Source of the DNA: an uncultured delta proteobacterium
GTDB lineage: Bacteria; Myxococcota; Myxococcia; SLRQ01
Length of the DNA: 64,000 nucleotides
NCBI GenBank assembly: GCA_963727485.1
Contig: CAVSGM010000002.1
Span: 1,344,001 to 1,408,000, forward strand
Direction: 5' to 3'
Notes under the pieces: model-generated
Database searches by the model: none
Told to the model about the DNA's origin: nothing
What the model saw: only the letters and a program-made list of their open reading frames with translations
Program-made: the position numbers and the translations under genes
Part shown: positions 1-10,955 of the stretch, piece after piece
Numbering within the stretch: the first letter of the stretch is position 1
Layout of the letters: each line of letters starts with the position of its first letter

Positions 1-1930
1 GGTGGCCTCGGGCACCTCGTAGCTGGTCCCGATGTGGCAGGTGGTGCAGGCGCCCAGCTGCCCGGGGAACCGGACGTCGCTGAAGTCGTGCTTGCTGCCA
101 CCGTAGCCGTAGACCGTGAGCCCGTTCTGCAGGTTCTCCCCGGCGTGGATCTTGTGGATGAGCACCGGGAAGTAGATGGACTGCGGGGTCCCGGCGCTCG
201 CCGGCCGCTGGGAGGCGTCGGTGGCGTTCATGTTGTGGCAGACCACGCAGTACTTGGTGTTCTTGCGGATGGTGCCGTGGAGCTCGAGCTTGTAGTGGCA
301 CTTCTCGCACTTGGCCTGGTCGACGATCTCCTCCCGGGGGGTCGGGGTCCCGCCGCCCACCGCGAAGTAGGCCACCGGGTTCATCGCCGTCTCCCGGAAG
401 GAGCCGGCGGTGCCGTAGCGGGTGAAGGGGATCATCTGGTAGCCCTCGAGGCCCACGGTCACCGACTCCCCGCCGGCGAGGGTGGTGGGCAGGGGGTTGG
501 CGCCGGTGACGGTCCAGGAGCCGTCGGGGTTCTGGGTGGCGCCCGAGAGGTCCTCGCTCACCGACCAGGCGATGTCGGCGTTGGGCCCACCGATGTTGGC
601 GACGATCCGGGCCAGATCCGAGACCAGGATGGCGTTGCCCGCGTCGTCCTGGACGGTGAAGGTGATGGTGGGCGCGGTGTCGGGCGCCACGTTGGTCACG
701 TCGACGATGGCCAGGTCGAGGCCCGGGAGCTGGCCGTTCTTCTTCAGCCAGGCCTCGTCGGTGAGGTGGCGGTCCTGGAAGTCGAAGAGGGCCCCGGCGG
801 CGTGGCAGAGGCTACAGCTGTCCGGCGCCTCGGCCCCGGCGGGGTGGAGCACCTTGCCCGCCGGCGGCGGGTCCACGAAGGAGATGGTGTCGTGGCAGGT
901 GGTGCACACGAACTCGGTGATCTCGGTCTTGGTGAGGTCCTCCTGGGCGGCGCCGGCGTGGCAGGTGGAGCACTGGCGCTGGTCCCGGGGGAAGCGCACG
1001 CCGGTGACCGTGCCGTCCGGCAGCTTCTCGGACCACACGTGGAGGACGTCCCGGTAGCCGGCGATGGCGTACTGGGTGCCCGGCGGGCCGTTGACCACGC
1101 TGGGGAGGTCCACGCCCATGTGGATCCGGTGGATGAGCACCGGGAGGTTGACGGTGTTGCCGGTCTGGGCGTCGGAGCTGGCGTCGTTGTGGCAGGTGAT
1201 GCACAGGCCGACCAGCCGCCGGGCCCCGCCGTGCATCGCCAGGGGGTTGTGGCACTGGTTGCAGTTCTTCGTGAGGACCACCTGGCGGGTCTGGGGTGTG
1301 GCGCCCGAGGGGGTGAAGTCGACGAAGTCGTTGCCCACGTAGGTGGTGTTCTGGAAGTCGCGCTCGCCGTAGGCGGCGACCCGGATGGAGGTGGTGGGAT
1401 CCGGCGCCTGGGGGAGCTGCACGTTGCTCACGTAGGTGTAGGTGCCGAGGGTGACCTCGGTGGTGGTCCCGTTGCGCTCGCTGGTGGCCTGGGTCGCCGG
1501 TGTTCCCGCCCGCGGCGGTCTCGGTCCGGGTCACGTAGGAGTGGTAGCGGCCGGTCGCCGGGTCGAGGTAGGCGAACACGAAGCTCGGGGTCACCGAGCC
1601 CTCGGTCATCCGGCCCGCCACGTCGAGGGCGTCGCCGTTGTCGTCGGCGAGGGTGTAGGTCACCTGGAAGTGGTTGTCGGCGGTGACCTTTGGATCCGAG
1701 AGGGTGAGCACCAGCCCGGGCCCGGAGTAGAGGGCGCTGGGCCCCTGGGGCCCGGCGGGGCCCGTGGGACCGGTGGCCCCGGGGGTCCCGGCGTCACCGG
1801 TGCCGCCGGTCTGGCCGGCGGGGCCCTGGGCGCCGGTCTGGCCGGCGGGGCCCGTGGGCCCGGGAGGGCCCTCACAGGCGGTGACGAGGACGAGCGAGAG
1901 CAGAAGTGGGATCCAACGGATAGACGGCAT
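1..1930 (-). CDS. OmcA/MtrC-family multiheme c-type cytochrome lipoprotein with N-terminal collagen-like repeat (runs off left edge; +1 frameshift near 1500)
   Basis: ATG 1930, lipobox LVTAC, then 15 G-X-Y triplets. After the frameshift there are 8 CxxCH motifs in window (CNQCH, CITCH, CSTCH, CTTCH, CSLCH, CEKCH, CVVCH, CTTCH), arranged 5 then 3+ as in decaheme MtrC/OmcA. Confidence 0.85.
1736..1870 (-). repeat. Collagen-like (Gly-X-Y)15 coding repeat
   Basis: GPPGPTGPAGQTGAQGPAGQTGGTGDAGTPGATGPTGPAGPQGPS starts two residues after the lipidated Cys. Confidence 0.9.
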
Positions 1931-1964
1931 GGGGCCTCCCTGGGACGACGCGTCTCGGAGGCAT

Positions 1965-1980
1965 TCCAACGCGCGTGCCA
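1965..1980 (-). promoter_or_regulatory. Putative sigma54 -24/-12 promoter of the multiheme cytochrome
   Basis: Minus strand TGGCACGCGCGTTGGA versus consensus TGGCAC-N5-TTGC; one mismatch at -12. Confidence 0.6.
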
Positions 1981-2134
1981 GATCTGCGTGGCGCAGCGTC
2001 GCGGTCGGCAACCATCGCGCAACTCCCAGCGTGCATTGGGGAAATGGCCCCTGCCCCCTCTCCGGGATCCACCGGAGTCCGGTCGGGTTTCCCCCCAGCG
2101 TCTTGCAGGCCTTACCGGTTGGCCGGGGAATTTA

Positions 2135-2147
2135 CGCAAAACCTGCG
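2135..2147. promoter_or_regulatory. Putative enhancer (UAS) box CGCA-N5-TGCG
   Basis: CGCAAAACCTGCG, about 155 bp upstream of the sigma54-like site; same palindrome recurs at 9046-9099, 9181-9193 and 10683-10734. Confidence 0.5.
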
Positions 2148-2220
2148 GTGTTCGCGCAGGCGTCCGGCGCAAGGGCGGGCCGGCGCGGGGCCGACCGACG
2201 CACGCCCTACGGGGCCCGGC

Positions 2221-3723
2221 TCAGGCGGCCGGCGCCGGGTCCGCGGTGACCGGGCCCAGGCGCGGGAGCACCACGCGCACCTCGGTCCCCGACCCGGAGC
2301 GGATGCTCACCTCGCCCCCGTGGAGGCTCACCAGGCTGTGGACGATGGCCATCCCCAGCCCCGTGCCCCCGGGCTTGGTCGAGTAGAAGGGCTCGAAGAT
2401 CCGGCTCTGGTGCTCCGCGGGGATCCCCGGGCCGTCGTCGGCCACCGCCAGGACCACCCCCTCGCACCCGGTGTCCACCCGGACGGTGACCCGGCCCCCA
2501 GCGTCCACCGCCTCGGTGGCGTTGCGCACCAGGTTGAGGAGGACCTGCTGGAGCTTGTCGGCGTCGCCGAGGACCTCCACCTTGGCCACCGGGACCTCGG
2601 CGGAGAGGACGATGGACCGCTCCTCGGCCCCGGGGCGCTCGAGATCGACCACCTTGCGCACCAGGGAGACCACGTCCACGGTCTCGGGCAGCAGCTCGCT
2701 GGGCCGGGCGAAGGCGAGGAACTCGACGACCAGGTTCGACAGGCGCCCGAGCTCCTCGCGCACCAGGCCGATGGGCTCGAAGAGGGCCTCGGCCTGGTCG
2801 CGGCCGGTGACCCGGCGCTCCAGGAGCCGGAGCTGGAGGGTGGCGGCGTTGAGGGGGTTTCGGATCTCGTGGGCCAGGCCCGCCGAGAGGGTGCCCACCG
2901 CCGCCAGCTTCTCCGAGAGCCGGGCCCGGCGCTCGAGCTCGCGGACCTCGGTGGTCTCGAGGCCCGAGGCGTAGACCCGCATCGCCCCCTCGGCGTCGGT
3001 GATCACGCTGGAGCGCCAGCTCACCCACCGCTCCACCGGCCGACCGTCCGGGCCCTGACCGAAGATGCGGGTCTCCTGGGAGGTCCCGGGCCCGCCGGCG
3101 CGGAGCCGGGCGAAGGCCGCCTGGGCCGCGGCCCGGTCCGGCTCGGCGACGAAGCGGGCCATCCAGTCGACCCCCACCAGGTCCTCGGGGTCGACGCCCA
3201 CCGCCCGGGCGACGGCGTGGTTCGCCTGGATCACCCGGCCCTCCTCGTCGAGGACCAGGAGCAGGGCCTGGACCGTGTCCACCAGGGTCGAGAGGCGCTC
3301 CTCCCGGGCCGCCAGGGCGACCCGGAGGGCCTCGGCCTCGCGGGTGGAGCGCACCTGGCGCACCGCCCGCCGCACCTGGTGGAGCAGGTCCTCGGGGTCG
3401 AAGGGCTTGAGGACGTAGGCGTAGGCGCCCCCGGCCAAGGCCCCGATGGCGGTCTCCACCGAGGCGTTGCCGGTGATGACGAGCACCTCGCCGCTCCCGT
3501 CGCCGGCGGCCCTGAGGGTGGGCAGGAGCGAGACGCCCACCGCGTCCGGGAGCCCCACGTCCACCAGGGCCACGTCGAAGGGGCGCTCGGCGAGGGCGAG
3601 GCCCGCGGCGGCGGTGGCGGCCACCTCGACCCTCGCCCCGTCGTCCTCGAGGAGCTCCCGGAGGTTCTCGGCGAGGTCCGCGTGGTCGTCGACGACCAGG
3701 ATCCGGGCGCCCGAAAGCTCCAT
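2221..3723 (-). CDS. Hybrid sensor kinase (REC-PAS-HisKA-HATPase)
   Basis: MELSGARILVVDDH receiver domain, PAS-like segment, H-box LAHEIRNPL, N-box NLVRNA, G-boxes DDGPGI and GTGLG. Confidence 0.92.
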   Translation of the reverse strand: MELSGARILVVDDHADLAENLRELLEDDGARVEVAATAAAGLALAERPFDVALVDVGLPDAVGVSLLPTLRAAGDGSGEVLVITGNASVETAIGALAGGAYAYVLKPFDPEDLLHQVRRAVRQVRSTREAEALRVALAAREERLSTLVDTVQALLLVLDEEGRVIQANHAVARAVGVDPEDLVGVDWMARFVAEPDRAAAQAAFARLRAGGPGTSQETRIFGQGPDGRPVERWVSWRSSVITDAEGAMRVYASGLETTEVRELERRARLSEKLAAVGTLSAGLAHEIRNPLNAATLQLRLLERRVTGRDQAEALFEPIGLVREELGRLSNLVVEFLAFARPSELLPETVDVVSLVRKVVDLERPGAEERSIVLSAEVPVAKVEVLGDADKLQQVLLNLVRNATEAVDAGGRVTVRVDTGCEGVVLAVADDGPGIPAEHQSRIFEPFYSTKPGGTGLGMAIVHSLVSLHGGEVSIRSGSGTEVRVVLPRLGPVTADPAPAA

Positions 3724-4460
3724 CAGAGCACCCGCTCGACCAGCCCCAGCAGGTCCACCGGCCGGAAGGGCTTCTCCAGGAGCGCCACCTCGGGCGGCGC
3801 GCCGGGCCCGCCGAGGGCCTCGGCGAAGTCGGGGCGGTAGCCGGTGATGTAGACCACCGGGATCGGCCCGTCCGGGTGCCGGATGAGCGCCTCCCCCACC
3901 GCGAGGCCGTCGCCGTCGGGGAGGCGCAGATCGACGATGGCGGCCTTGAAGGGCACCGTCTCCAGCAGGCGCCTGCGCGGTGGCGAGGTCCGGCGCCGGG
4001 TGGGGCACCACGCGAGGTGAGCGCCTGGAGCGCCTGGGTGAGCTGGGCCCGGAGGACGTCGTCGTCCTCCACCAGGAGCACCGGGGCCTCGGCGGCGACC
4101 ACCCGGGAGACGAAGGTCGTCAGGGCCCGAGAGATCCACCGGCTTGGCCAGGACGTCCAGGGCCCCGCCGGCCTCGGCCTCGTCGAGGAGGGCGTCCCGG
4201 GAGAAGGCGGTCATCACCACCACCGGCGTCTGGGGCCACCGGGCCTTGACCGCCCGCAGCATCTGCACCCCGTTCATCCCCGGCATCCGCAGGTCGGTGA
4301 GGATGAGGTCCACCGGGTCCCCGGACTCGAGGCGCGCCAGGGCCTCGGCGCCGCCCCCGGCGACCTCCGCCCGGTGACCCTCGTCCTCGAGGATCTCCCG
4401 GAGGTTCTCGGCCAGATCGAGGTTGTCGTCGACGATGAGGACAGTGTGCTTCACGCGCAT
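3723..4460 (-). CDS. Dual-receiver response regulator (internal compensating frameshifts about 3970-4130)
   Basis: REC1 HTVLIVDD...DLRMP...KP; REC2 PVLLVEDD...DLRLPDGDG...EKPF reconstructed across three frames. Sits directly downstream of the globin kinase. Confidence 0.82.
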   Translation of the reverse strand: MRVKHTVLIVDDNLDLAENLREILEDEGHRAEVAGGGAEALARLESGDPVDLILTDLRMPGMNGVQMLRAVKARWPQTPVVVMTAFSRDALLDEAEAGGALDVLAKPVDLSGPDDLRLPGGRRRGPGAPGGGRRRPPGPAHPGAPGAHLAWCPTRRRTSPPRRRLLETVPFKAAIVDLRLPDGDGLAVGEALIRHPDGPIPVVYITGYRPDFAEALGGPGAPPEVALLEKPFRPVDLLGLVERVL

Positions 4461-5683
4461 GCGTCTCCCCCCGGAGCTCGAGACGGACCGCACCCGTCCC
4501 TCGGGCGCCGGCCGCTCACGAGGGATGTTGGGTCCTCGGTGGGGGGGAAGGCAAGGACGAGGCGGATCCGGGCCCCGCCGCCGTCCCGGTTCTCCGCGGT
4601 CACGGTCCCCCCGTGTCGCTCGACGATGCTGCGCACCAGCGCCAGCCCCAGGCCCACCCCCTTGGAGCGGGTGGTCACCAGGGGCTCGAAGGCGTCCCCC
4701 AGGGCCTCGGGGGCGAAGCCGGGCCCGTCGTCCTCCACCGAGAGGGTCACCGCGGTGGCGTCCAGGCGCCGGGCGTTCACCCACACCCGGCCCCCGGCCT
4801 CGCCGAGGACCGAGCCGGCGTTGGTGAGGAGGTTGACCACCGCCTGGCGCAGGAGCCCGGCGTCCCCGAGGAGGGCGGCGTCGACGTCGACCTCGACGGT
4901 GACCTCGGGCGGGAGGGCCGCGCCCTCAATCGCCTCGGCGACCACCCGGGCGAGGTCCACCGGCTCGCGCACCGCCTCCTTCTCCCGGGCGAGCTGGAGG
5001 AGGTCGGTGATGATCTGGTTGCTCACCCGCACCTGGGCGGAGATCTTCTCGAGGTGGCGGCCCGCCCGGTCGTCGTCGCCGATGCGCTTGCGCAGGAGGT
5101 AGAGCGAGCTCTCGATGACCCCCAGGGGGTTGCGCAGGTCGTGGCCGATCCCCGCGGCGACCTGGCCGATGGTGGCGAGGCGCTCCCGGCGCCGGAGCCG
5201 GGCGTTGCTGTCCTCCCGGTAGGTCTCCAGCATGATCGCCAGCTCCATGTCGAAGAGCTTGTCCACCGCGGCGCTGGCCCGCTGCCGGGCGGCGGCGTCG
5301 CCGGCGTAGGCGTCCTCGACGACCTCCCGGAAGTCGAGGCGCATCACGTCCATGGCGGTGAACATGTAGTGCTGGGGCAGCGCGATCTGGACGTGGACCC
5401 GGCCGATGCGGGCCCGGCGCTCGAAGAACGCCTGGTCGTGGGGCCCCTCGAGGCCCGAGTCCATCCACGCCACCAGGGTCCGCTTCAGGCGGTGGGCCTG
5501 GGCCTGGCCCCCGCGGATGGCCTCGTGGGCCTTCGGGTGGGCGAAGATCCGGGCGTAGAAGTGCTCGGCAATCCGCTCGAAGTGCGGCGCCGCCCGGGGC
5601 TTCAGGGCCCGGAGGGCCTCGGTGTCCGCCTCGGTGAACCCGATGTAGGCCTGGATGTCGTCGAGGAGCGTGGCGTCGGGCAT
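4451..5683 (-). CDS. Globin-coupled O2-sensor histidine kinase (AfGcHK-like)
   Basis: Sensor globin YIGF...HFYARIF...RIGRVHVQIALPQHYMF with distal Tyr and proximal His, followed by H-box IGHDLRNPLGVIESSLY and HATPase motifs. Confidence 0.92.
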   Translation of the reverse strand: MPDATLLDDIQAYIGFTEADTEALRALKPRAAPHFERIAEHFYARIFAHPKAHEAIRGGQAQAHRLKRTLVAWMDSGLEGPHDQAFFERRARIGRVHVQIALPQHYMFTAMDVMRLDFREVVEDAYAGDAAARQRASAAVDKLFDMELAIMLETYREDSNARLRRRERLATIGQVAAGIGHDLRNPLGVIESSLYLLRKRIGDDDRAGRHLEKISAQVRVSNQIITDLLQLAREKEAVREPVDLARVVAEAIEGAALPPEVTVEVDVDAALLGDAGLLRQAVVNLLTNAGSVLGEAGGRVWVNARRLDATAVTLSVEDDGPGFAPEALGDAFEPLVTTRSKGVGLGLALVRSIVERHGGTVTAENRDGGGARIRLVLAFPPTEDPTSLVSGRRPRDGCGPSRAPGGDACA

Positions 5684-5693
5684 CGCGGGTAGG

Positions 5694-6110
5694 TCACTTG
5701 ACCAGCAGCACCGGGCACGGTGCGAGGATGCCCACCTTGTAGCTCAGAGTGCCCCAGCCTGCACCCGGCTGTTCGAGGTCGATGGGGTGCGAGCCGAGGA
5801 CCACCAGGTCGGTCCCCGCCTCGTCCACGTAGCGGACAATCTCCTCGGCGCGGTCGCCATAGCGCAGGACCCCCTCGGCCCGGGCCCCGGCGGCCTCCAC
5901 GCGCCGCTTCGCCCCCTCGAGGTGGGCGCGGGCCCGCGCCTCGAGGCGCGCGTAGAAGTCCGGGTCCTCGTCGGGGCCGACCCCCGGGATCACCTCCACC
6001 ACGTGGATCAGGGTGATCTCCCCACCTGGGGCCACGATCCTCGCGGCGACGTCCACCGCCGAGAGGTGTCTGGGCGAGAGGTCCAAGGGGACCAGGACGC
6101 GCTCGAACAT
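5694..6110 (-). CDS. Universal stress protein
   Basis: MFERVLVPLDLS...DLVVLGSH...APCPVLLVK. Confidence 0.9.
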   Translation of the reverse strand: MFERVLVPLDLSPRHLSAVDVAARIVAPGGEITLIHVVEVIPGVGPDEDPDFYARLEARARAHLEGAKRRVEAAGARAEGVLRYGDRAEEIVRYVDEAGTDLVVLGSHPIDLEQPGAGWGTLSYKVGILAPCPVLLVK

Positions 6111-6119
6111 CGCCGCCTC

Positions 6120-7455
6120 CTACTCGGCGGGCCCCTGCACCACCAGGACCGGCCGGTCGGTGTGCCGCATCACGTACTCGGTGACCGAGCCCAGGAGGCT
6201 GCGGGCCACCCCGGACTGGCCCCGGGAGCCGACCACCACCGCGTCGCACTCCAGGCGCTCGGCGGCGGCCACCAGCTCCCGGCCCACGCTGTCACCCTCG
6301 AGGACATGGACCTCGGTGCGGATGCCCAGGGCCTCGGCGGGGGCGGGGACGCGGGCCCGGAGGGCGTCCTCGAGGCGCGCGCGCTCGCCGACGTCGGGGG
6401 CGCCCTCGAGGACGGTGCACAGGTGGACCTCGCCCCCCTCGCCGACCAGGCCGTAGGCCTGGCGCAGGGCCACGTCGGCGCGCCCGGAGAGGTCGGTGGC
6501 GACCAGCACCCGGTGGAGCCTGGGGACCGGGGCGGTCCGGGCCACCTGGGCGGGGTCCACCGGGACGCAGAGGACCGAGCGCCGGGCGTGGTGCAGGGCC
6601 CCGTGGCTCGAGCCCCCGCGCCAGATCCGTCCCAGGACCCCGCGCCGGTGGCTGCCCACCAGGATGAGAATCGGCGTCCAGGTCCTCGGCGAAGCGGTCG
6701 AGGACGTAGCCGAGGTTCCCCAGGGCGGGCCAGACCTTGAGGGTCGTCTCGCCCTCGCCGGGGAGGGCGCCGATGCGGGCGGTGAGGTCGCGCTCGAGGC
6801 GGGCGACCACCTCCTCGTCGGGGACCACGAAGCCCGAGCCCGCGGCGGGGCGCACGTCGACGGCCTCCCCGGGGGGCCAGTAGGCGTGGACGAAGGTCAC
6901 GTCGACCGGGCCGGCGGCGCGCAGGGTCCGCAGCAGCTCGAGGGCGGCCATCGAGGGGGTGGAGCGGTCGAGGCCCATGACCACCCGCAGCGCCCGGTCG
7001 CCCCGGCCCCAGGCGTCGAAGCCGGCGGTCTCGCCCCGGACCGCCAGCACCGGCCGGGCGGAGAGGCGGGCCAGCCGGTCGGTGACCGAGCCCACCACCA
7101 GGCGCTCCACCGCCCCGCGGCCGAGGCTGCCCACCACCACCAGGCGGACGTCCTCGGCCTCGGCGAGCTCGGCGATCTGCCCGGCCGCCGAGCCCTCGAG
7201 GATCCGGGTCTCGACGGTCACCCGGGCGTCCTCCACCGCGGTGGTGGCGTCGGAGAGGGCGTCGGCCACCCCCTCGCGCATCAGCCGGTCGTACTCGAGG
7301 GTGGCCGCGGCGTCGAGGTTGGCGAGGCCGGCGCTCGGCAGCTGGAACACGTGGACGACGAGGAGCGTGTCCCCGAAGCGGGAGGCCATCCGCGCCGCGA
7401 CCCGGGTGGCCTCGGCGGCCGCCTCGGAGAAGTCGGTGGCGCAGAGGATCTTCAT
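6120..7455 (-). CDS. Multi-domain universal stress protein (frameshift about 6670)
   Basis: MKILCATDFS...GSVTDRL; removing one base at 6669-6670 restores DADLILVGSHR and joins it to the C-terminal USP domain (GSVTEYVMR). Confidence 0.85.
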
Positions 7456-7457
7456 GG

Positions 7458-7814
7458 CTACAAGGCTCCGGTCTCCCGCAGATTGCGCAGGACCCGCCAC
7501 ACGTAGATGAGCATGCCCAGCCCGGCAATCGGGATCCCGAGGAAGAAGAAGATCACGAAGGTGATGGGCCGGAAGTAGAGGAGGGGCACCAGCTCCAGTG
7601 CCAGGCCCACGAACACCAGGACGATGGCGATCCGGAGGAGCTTGCCGGTGGGCTCGACGCGGGCCTTGCCCTTCTCGGCGGCGCCGGCCTCTTCGGCCTG
7701 GGCCTTGACGGCGCCGGCCTCGGCGGCCTCGGCGGCGCCCACCTCGGGCTTGGCTCCCTTCGCCTGGTCCTCGGCGGCGTCGGGGGTGCCGCCCTTGGGA
7801 GTGGTCTCGCTCAT
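7458..7814 (-). CDS. Small membrane protein (2 TM, low-complexity N-terminus)
   Basis: ATG overlaps the upstream stop (ATGA); two hydrophobic helices IAIVLVFVGLALELV and FVIFFFLGIPIAGLGMLIYVW. Confidence 0.7.
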   Translation of the reverse strand: MSETTPKGGTPDAAEDQAKGAKPEVGAAEAAEAGAVKAQAEEAGAAEKGKARVEPTGKLLRIAIVLVFVGLALELVPLLYFRPITFVIFFFLGIPIAGLGMLIYVWRVLRNLRETGAL

Positions 7815-8479
7815 TGGTCCGCGTCCTTGGGGGTGTAGGGCTTGTTCGGGTTCCACATGGGCAGGTCCTTCAGATCGCCCACCTGGTGGATGAAGTCGTG
7901 GCACCCGGAGGCCACGCACGACTGCTTGCCGGAGATGATGTTCTCGTAGGGGACGTCCTTGGTGTGGTGCGCCGGTTGGCTCTCGAACAGGCGCATCCCC
8001 TTGTGGCAGTGGAGGCAGTTGGCGTTGGGGTAGGGGTTGTAGAGCTTGATGTCCTGGGTCTTCGGGATCTTGCCGAAGAAGTGGATCCAGACATGCCGCA
8101 TCCCGGTGAGCTTCGCCCGCATGGTGCCGAACAGCCCGTAGTTGGTGTGGCAGGTGAAGCAGGCCTCCTGGGGCGGCACCATGTGGTTCTGGAAGTGGGC
8201 CGCGGGGATGGCGCTCGGGTCGTCGATGTACAGGCTCTGGCCGAACGGCTTCATCTCGTGGCACGAGAGGCAGAAGGTCCGCTGGGAGGCCTCGTGGTAG
8301 TAGTGGTTCCCACCTACCCACATGGCGGCCACCGGGAGGATCACGATCCCCATGAGGAGGACGAACTTCCCGGTGCGCTGGAGGGCGAGGTTGGGCGCCT
8401 GGAGGACGACGTAGAGGCCGACCTCGGCGGCGAGGAAGAGCAGGACCGCCGTCGCCAGGGTGCTTGAGTCGGTGAGCAT
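7811..8479 (-). CDS. NapC/NirT/CymA-family membrane-anchored tetraheme cytochrome c
   Basis: N-terminal TM helices, then FCLSCHEM, CFTCH, CLHCH and an atypical CVASGCH. Confidence 0.88.
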   Translation of the reverse strand: MLTDSSTLATAVLLFLAAEVGLYVVLQAPNLALQRTGKFVLLMGIVILPVAAMWVGGNHYYHEASQRTFCLSCHEMKPFGQSLYIDDPSAIPAAHFQNHMVPPQEACFTCHTNYGLFGTMRAKLTGMRHVWIHFFGKIPKTQDIKLYNPYPNANCLHCHKGMRLFESQPAHHTKDVPYENIISGKQSCVASGCHDFIHQVGDLKDLPMWNPNKPYTPKDADQ

Positions 8480-8508
8480 GTCTGGGCCCTCGGTTGGCCG
8501 TGCTTGGG

Positions 8509-8880
8509 CTAGTGGGCGGTACCGGCGCTCTTGTCCTTGAGGCTGCCGAGCCACTCGGTGAGGTTCTTCAGGTCCTTCTCGGCGCCGATGAAGAACTTCT
8601 TGTGCTTCTTGCCGTCGAGCTCGACCTTCTTCTTGAGGTAGTTGTGGATCCAGGCGGCGTCGTGCTTCACCCCGACGTCCGAGAGATCCGGCGCCTGGGG
8701 CTGACCTGCGGGGGTCTTGCCCACCTGGGCGATCTTCTTAGCCTTGATGCTGTGGCAGAAGTTGCAGCGCTTGGCCGTGAAGACCTTCTTTCCTGCGGGC
8801 TCGTCGGCGTGGGCCACGGCGGGGGCCGTGAGGGCGAAGGCGGCGAGGAGCAGGGCCAAGATCGGGATGCGGCGCTTCAT
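8509..8880 (-). CDS. Periplasmic monoheme cytochrome c
   Basis: Signal peptide MKRRIPILALL...AHA, CNFCH, APDLSDVG; GGAG RBS; very Lys-rich. Confidence 0.88.
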   Translation of the reverse strand: MKRRIPILALLLAAFALTAPAVAHADEPAGKKVFTAKRCNFCHSIKAKKIAQVGKTPAGQPQAPDLSDVGVKHDAAWIHNYLKKKVELDGKKHKKFFIGAEKDLKNLTEWLGSLKDKSAGTAH

Positions 8881-8929
8881 GGGGGGTCTCCTGTGGGAGC
8901 GGGTCCGCGAGCCGGACGGCCCGAGGGAA

Positions 8930-8945
8930 AGCAAGGGCCGCGCCG
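8930..8945 (-). promoter_or_regulatory. Putative sigma54 promoter of the cytochrome-USP-kinase operon
   Basis: Minus strand CGGCGCGGCCCTTGCT, GG-N10-GC with TTGC at -12. Confidence 0.65.
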
Positions 8946-9045
8946 GACGCGGCTTCCCCCGGGGCCGATCGCCGGAAGCCCGCCCGCCACCGGGGTTTTG
9001 CCCACTGGGCCCCCTCGGGCCGCCTCCGGTGGGGGCAGGACGCCT

Positions 9046-9099
9046 CGCATTTTCTGCGCACACCTTGCGCCAGACAGGGAAAAATGCGCACCTCCTGCA
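9046..9099. promoter_or_regulatory. Tandem UAS-like palindromes
   Basis: CGCATTTTCTGCG (9046), CGCACACCTTGCG (9057), CGCACCTCCTGCA (9087); about 100-150 bp from the sigma54 site at 8945. Confidence 0.55.
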
Positions 9100-9165
9100 C
9101 GCCATGCAGGCGGGCCGATGAACGGAACTTCAATGATTCTGGGTTCGTACGCAGGATTTCGGCCT

Positions 9166-9193
9166 CGGCACGGTGTTTGTAGCAATTTTTGCG
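9166..9193 (+). promoter_or_regulatory. sigma54-like element plus adjoining UAS-like box upstream of the activator gene
   Basis: CGGCACGGTGTTTGT (9166-9180) immediately followed by AGCAATTTTTGCG (9181-9193). Confidence 0.45.
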
Positions 9194-9230
9194 TCAAACC
9201 AGCCCGAGCCCTGCCCGGAGTGACCCGACC

Positions 9231-10682
<1,452 letters not shown>

Positions 10683-10765
10683 CGCAGGATGTGCGCGCAC
10701 CCGGCGTTCTTGCGCGCACATTGCGTTTCCTGCGCATAAACCGACCTGATTTCAACGGTTTTTGG

Positions 10766-10781
10766 TGGCACGCCGGTTGCT
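10766..10781 (+). promoter_or_regulatory. Consensus sigma54 promoter for sORF-usp-hemN
   Basis: TGGCACGCCGGTTGCT matches TGGCAC-N5-TTGC exactly; UAS-like boxes at 10683-10734. Confidence 0.85.
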
Positions 10782-10839
10782 CTACCGCTTCCCCGGCGGC
10801 ACCCCCCCCTGCCGCCGACCGCATCCCAAGGAGCCTCCC

Positions 10840-10923
10840 ATGAACCGTCCCTTCGAGGTCATCTCCCTCCTGCTCCTGGTCGCCGCCGCCGTGGCCATCT
10901 GCCTGCCCATCCTCTCGCTCTAG
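10840..10923 (+). CDS. Unannotated 27-aa single-TM small protein
   Basis: AAGGAG RBS at 10828-10833; MNRPFEVISLLLLVAAAVAICLPILSL*; GC3-biased codons; first ORF after the sigma54 promoter. Confidence 0.7.
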   Translation: MNRPFEVISLLLLVAAAVAICLPILSL

Positions 10924-10955
10924 CCCGTCCCGGCCAGCCCGCCCCGGAGCCCCCC

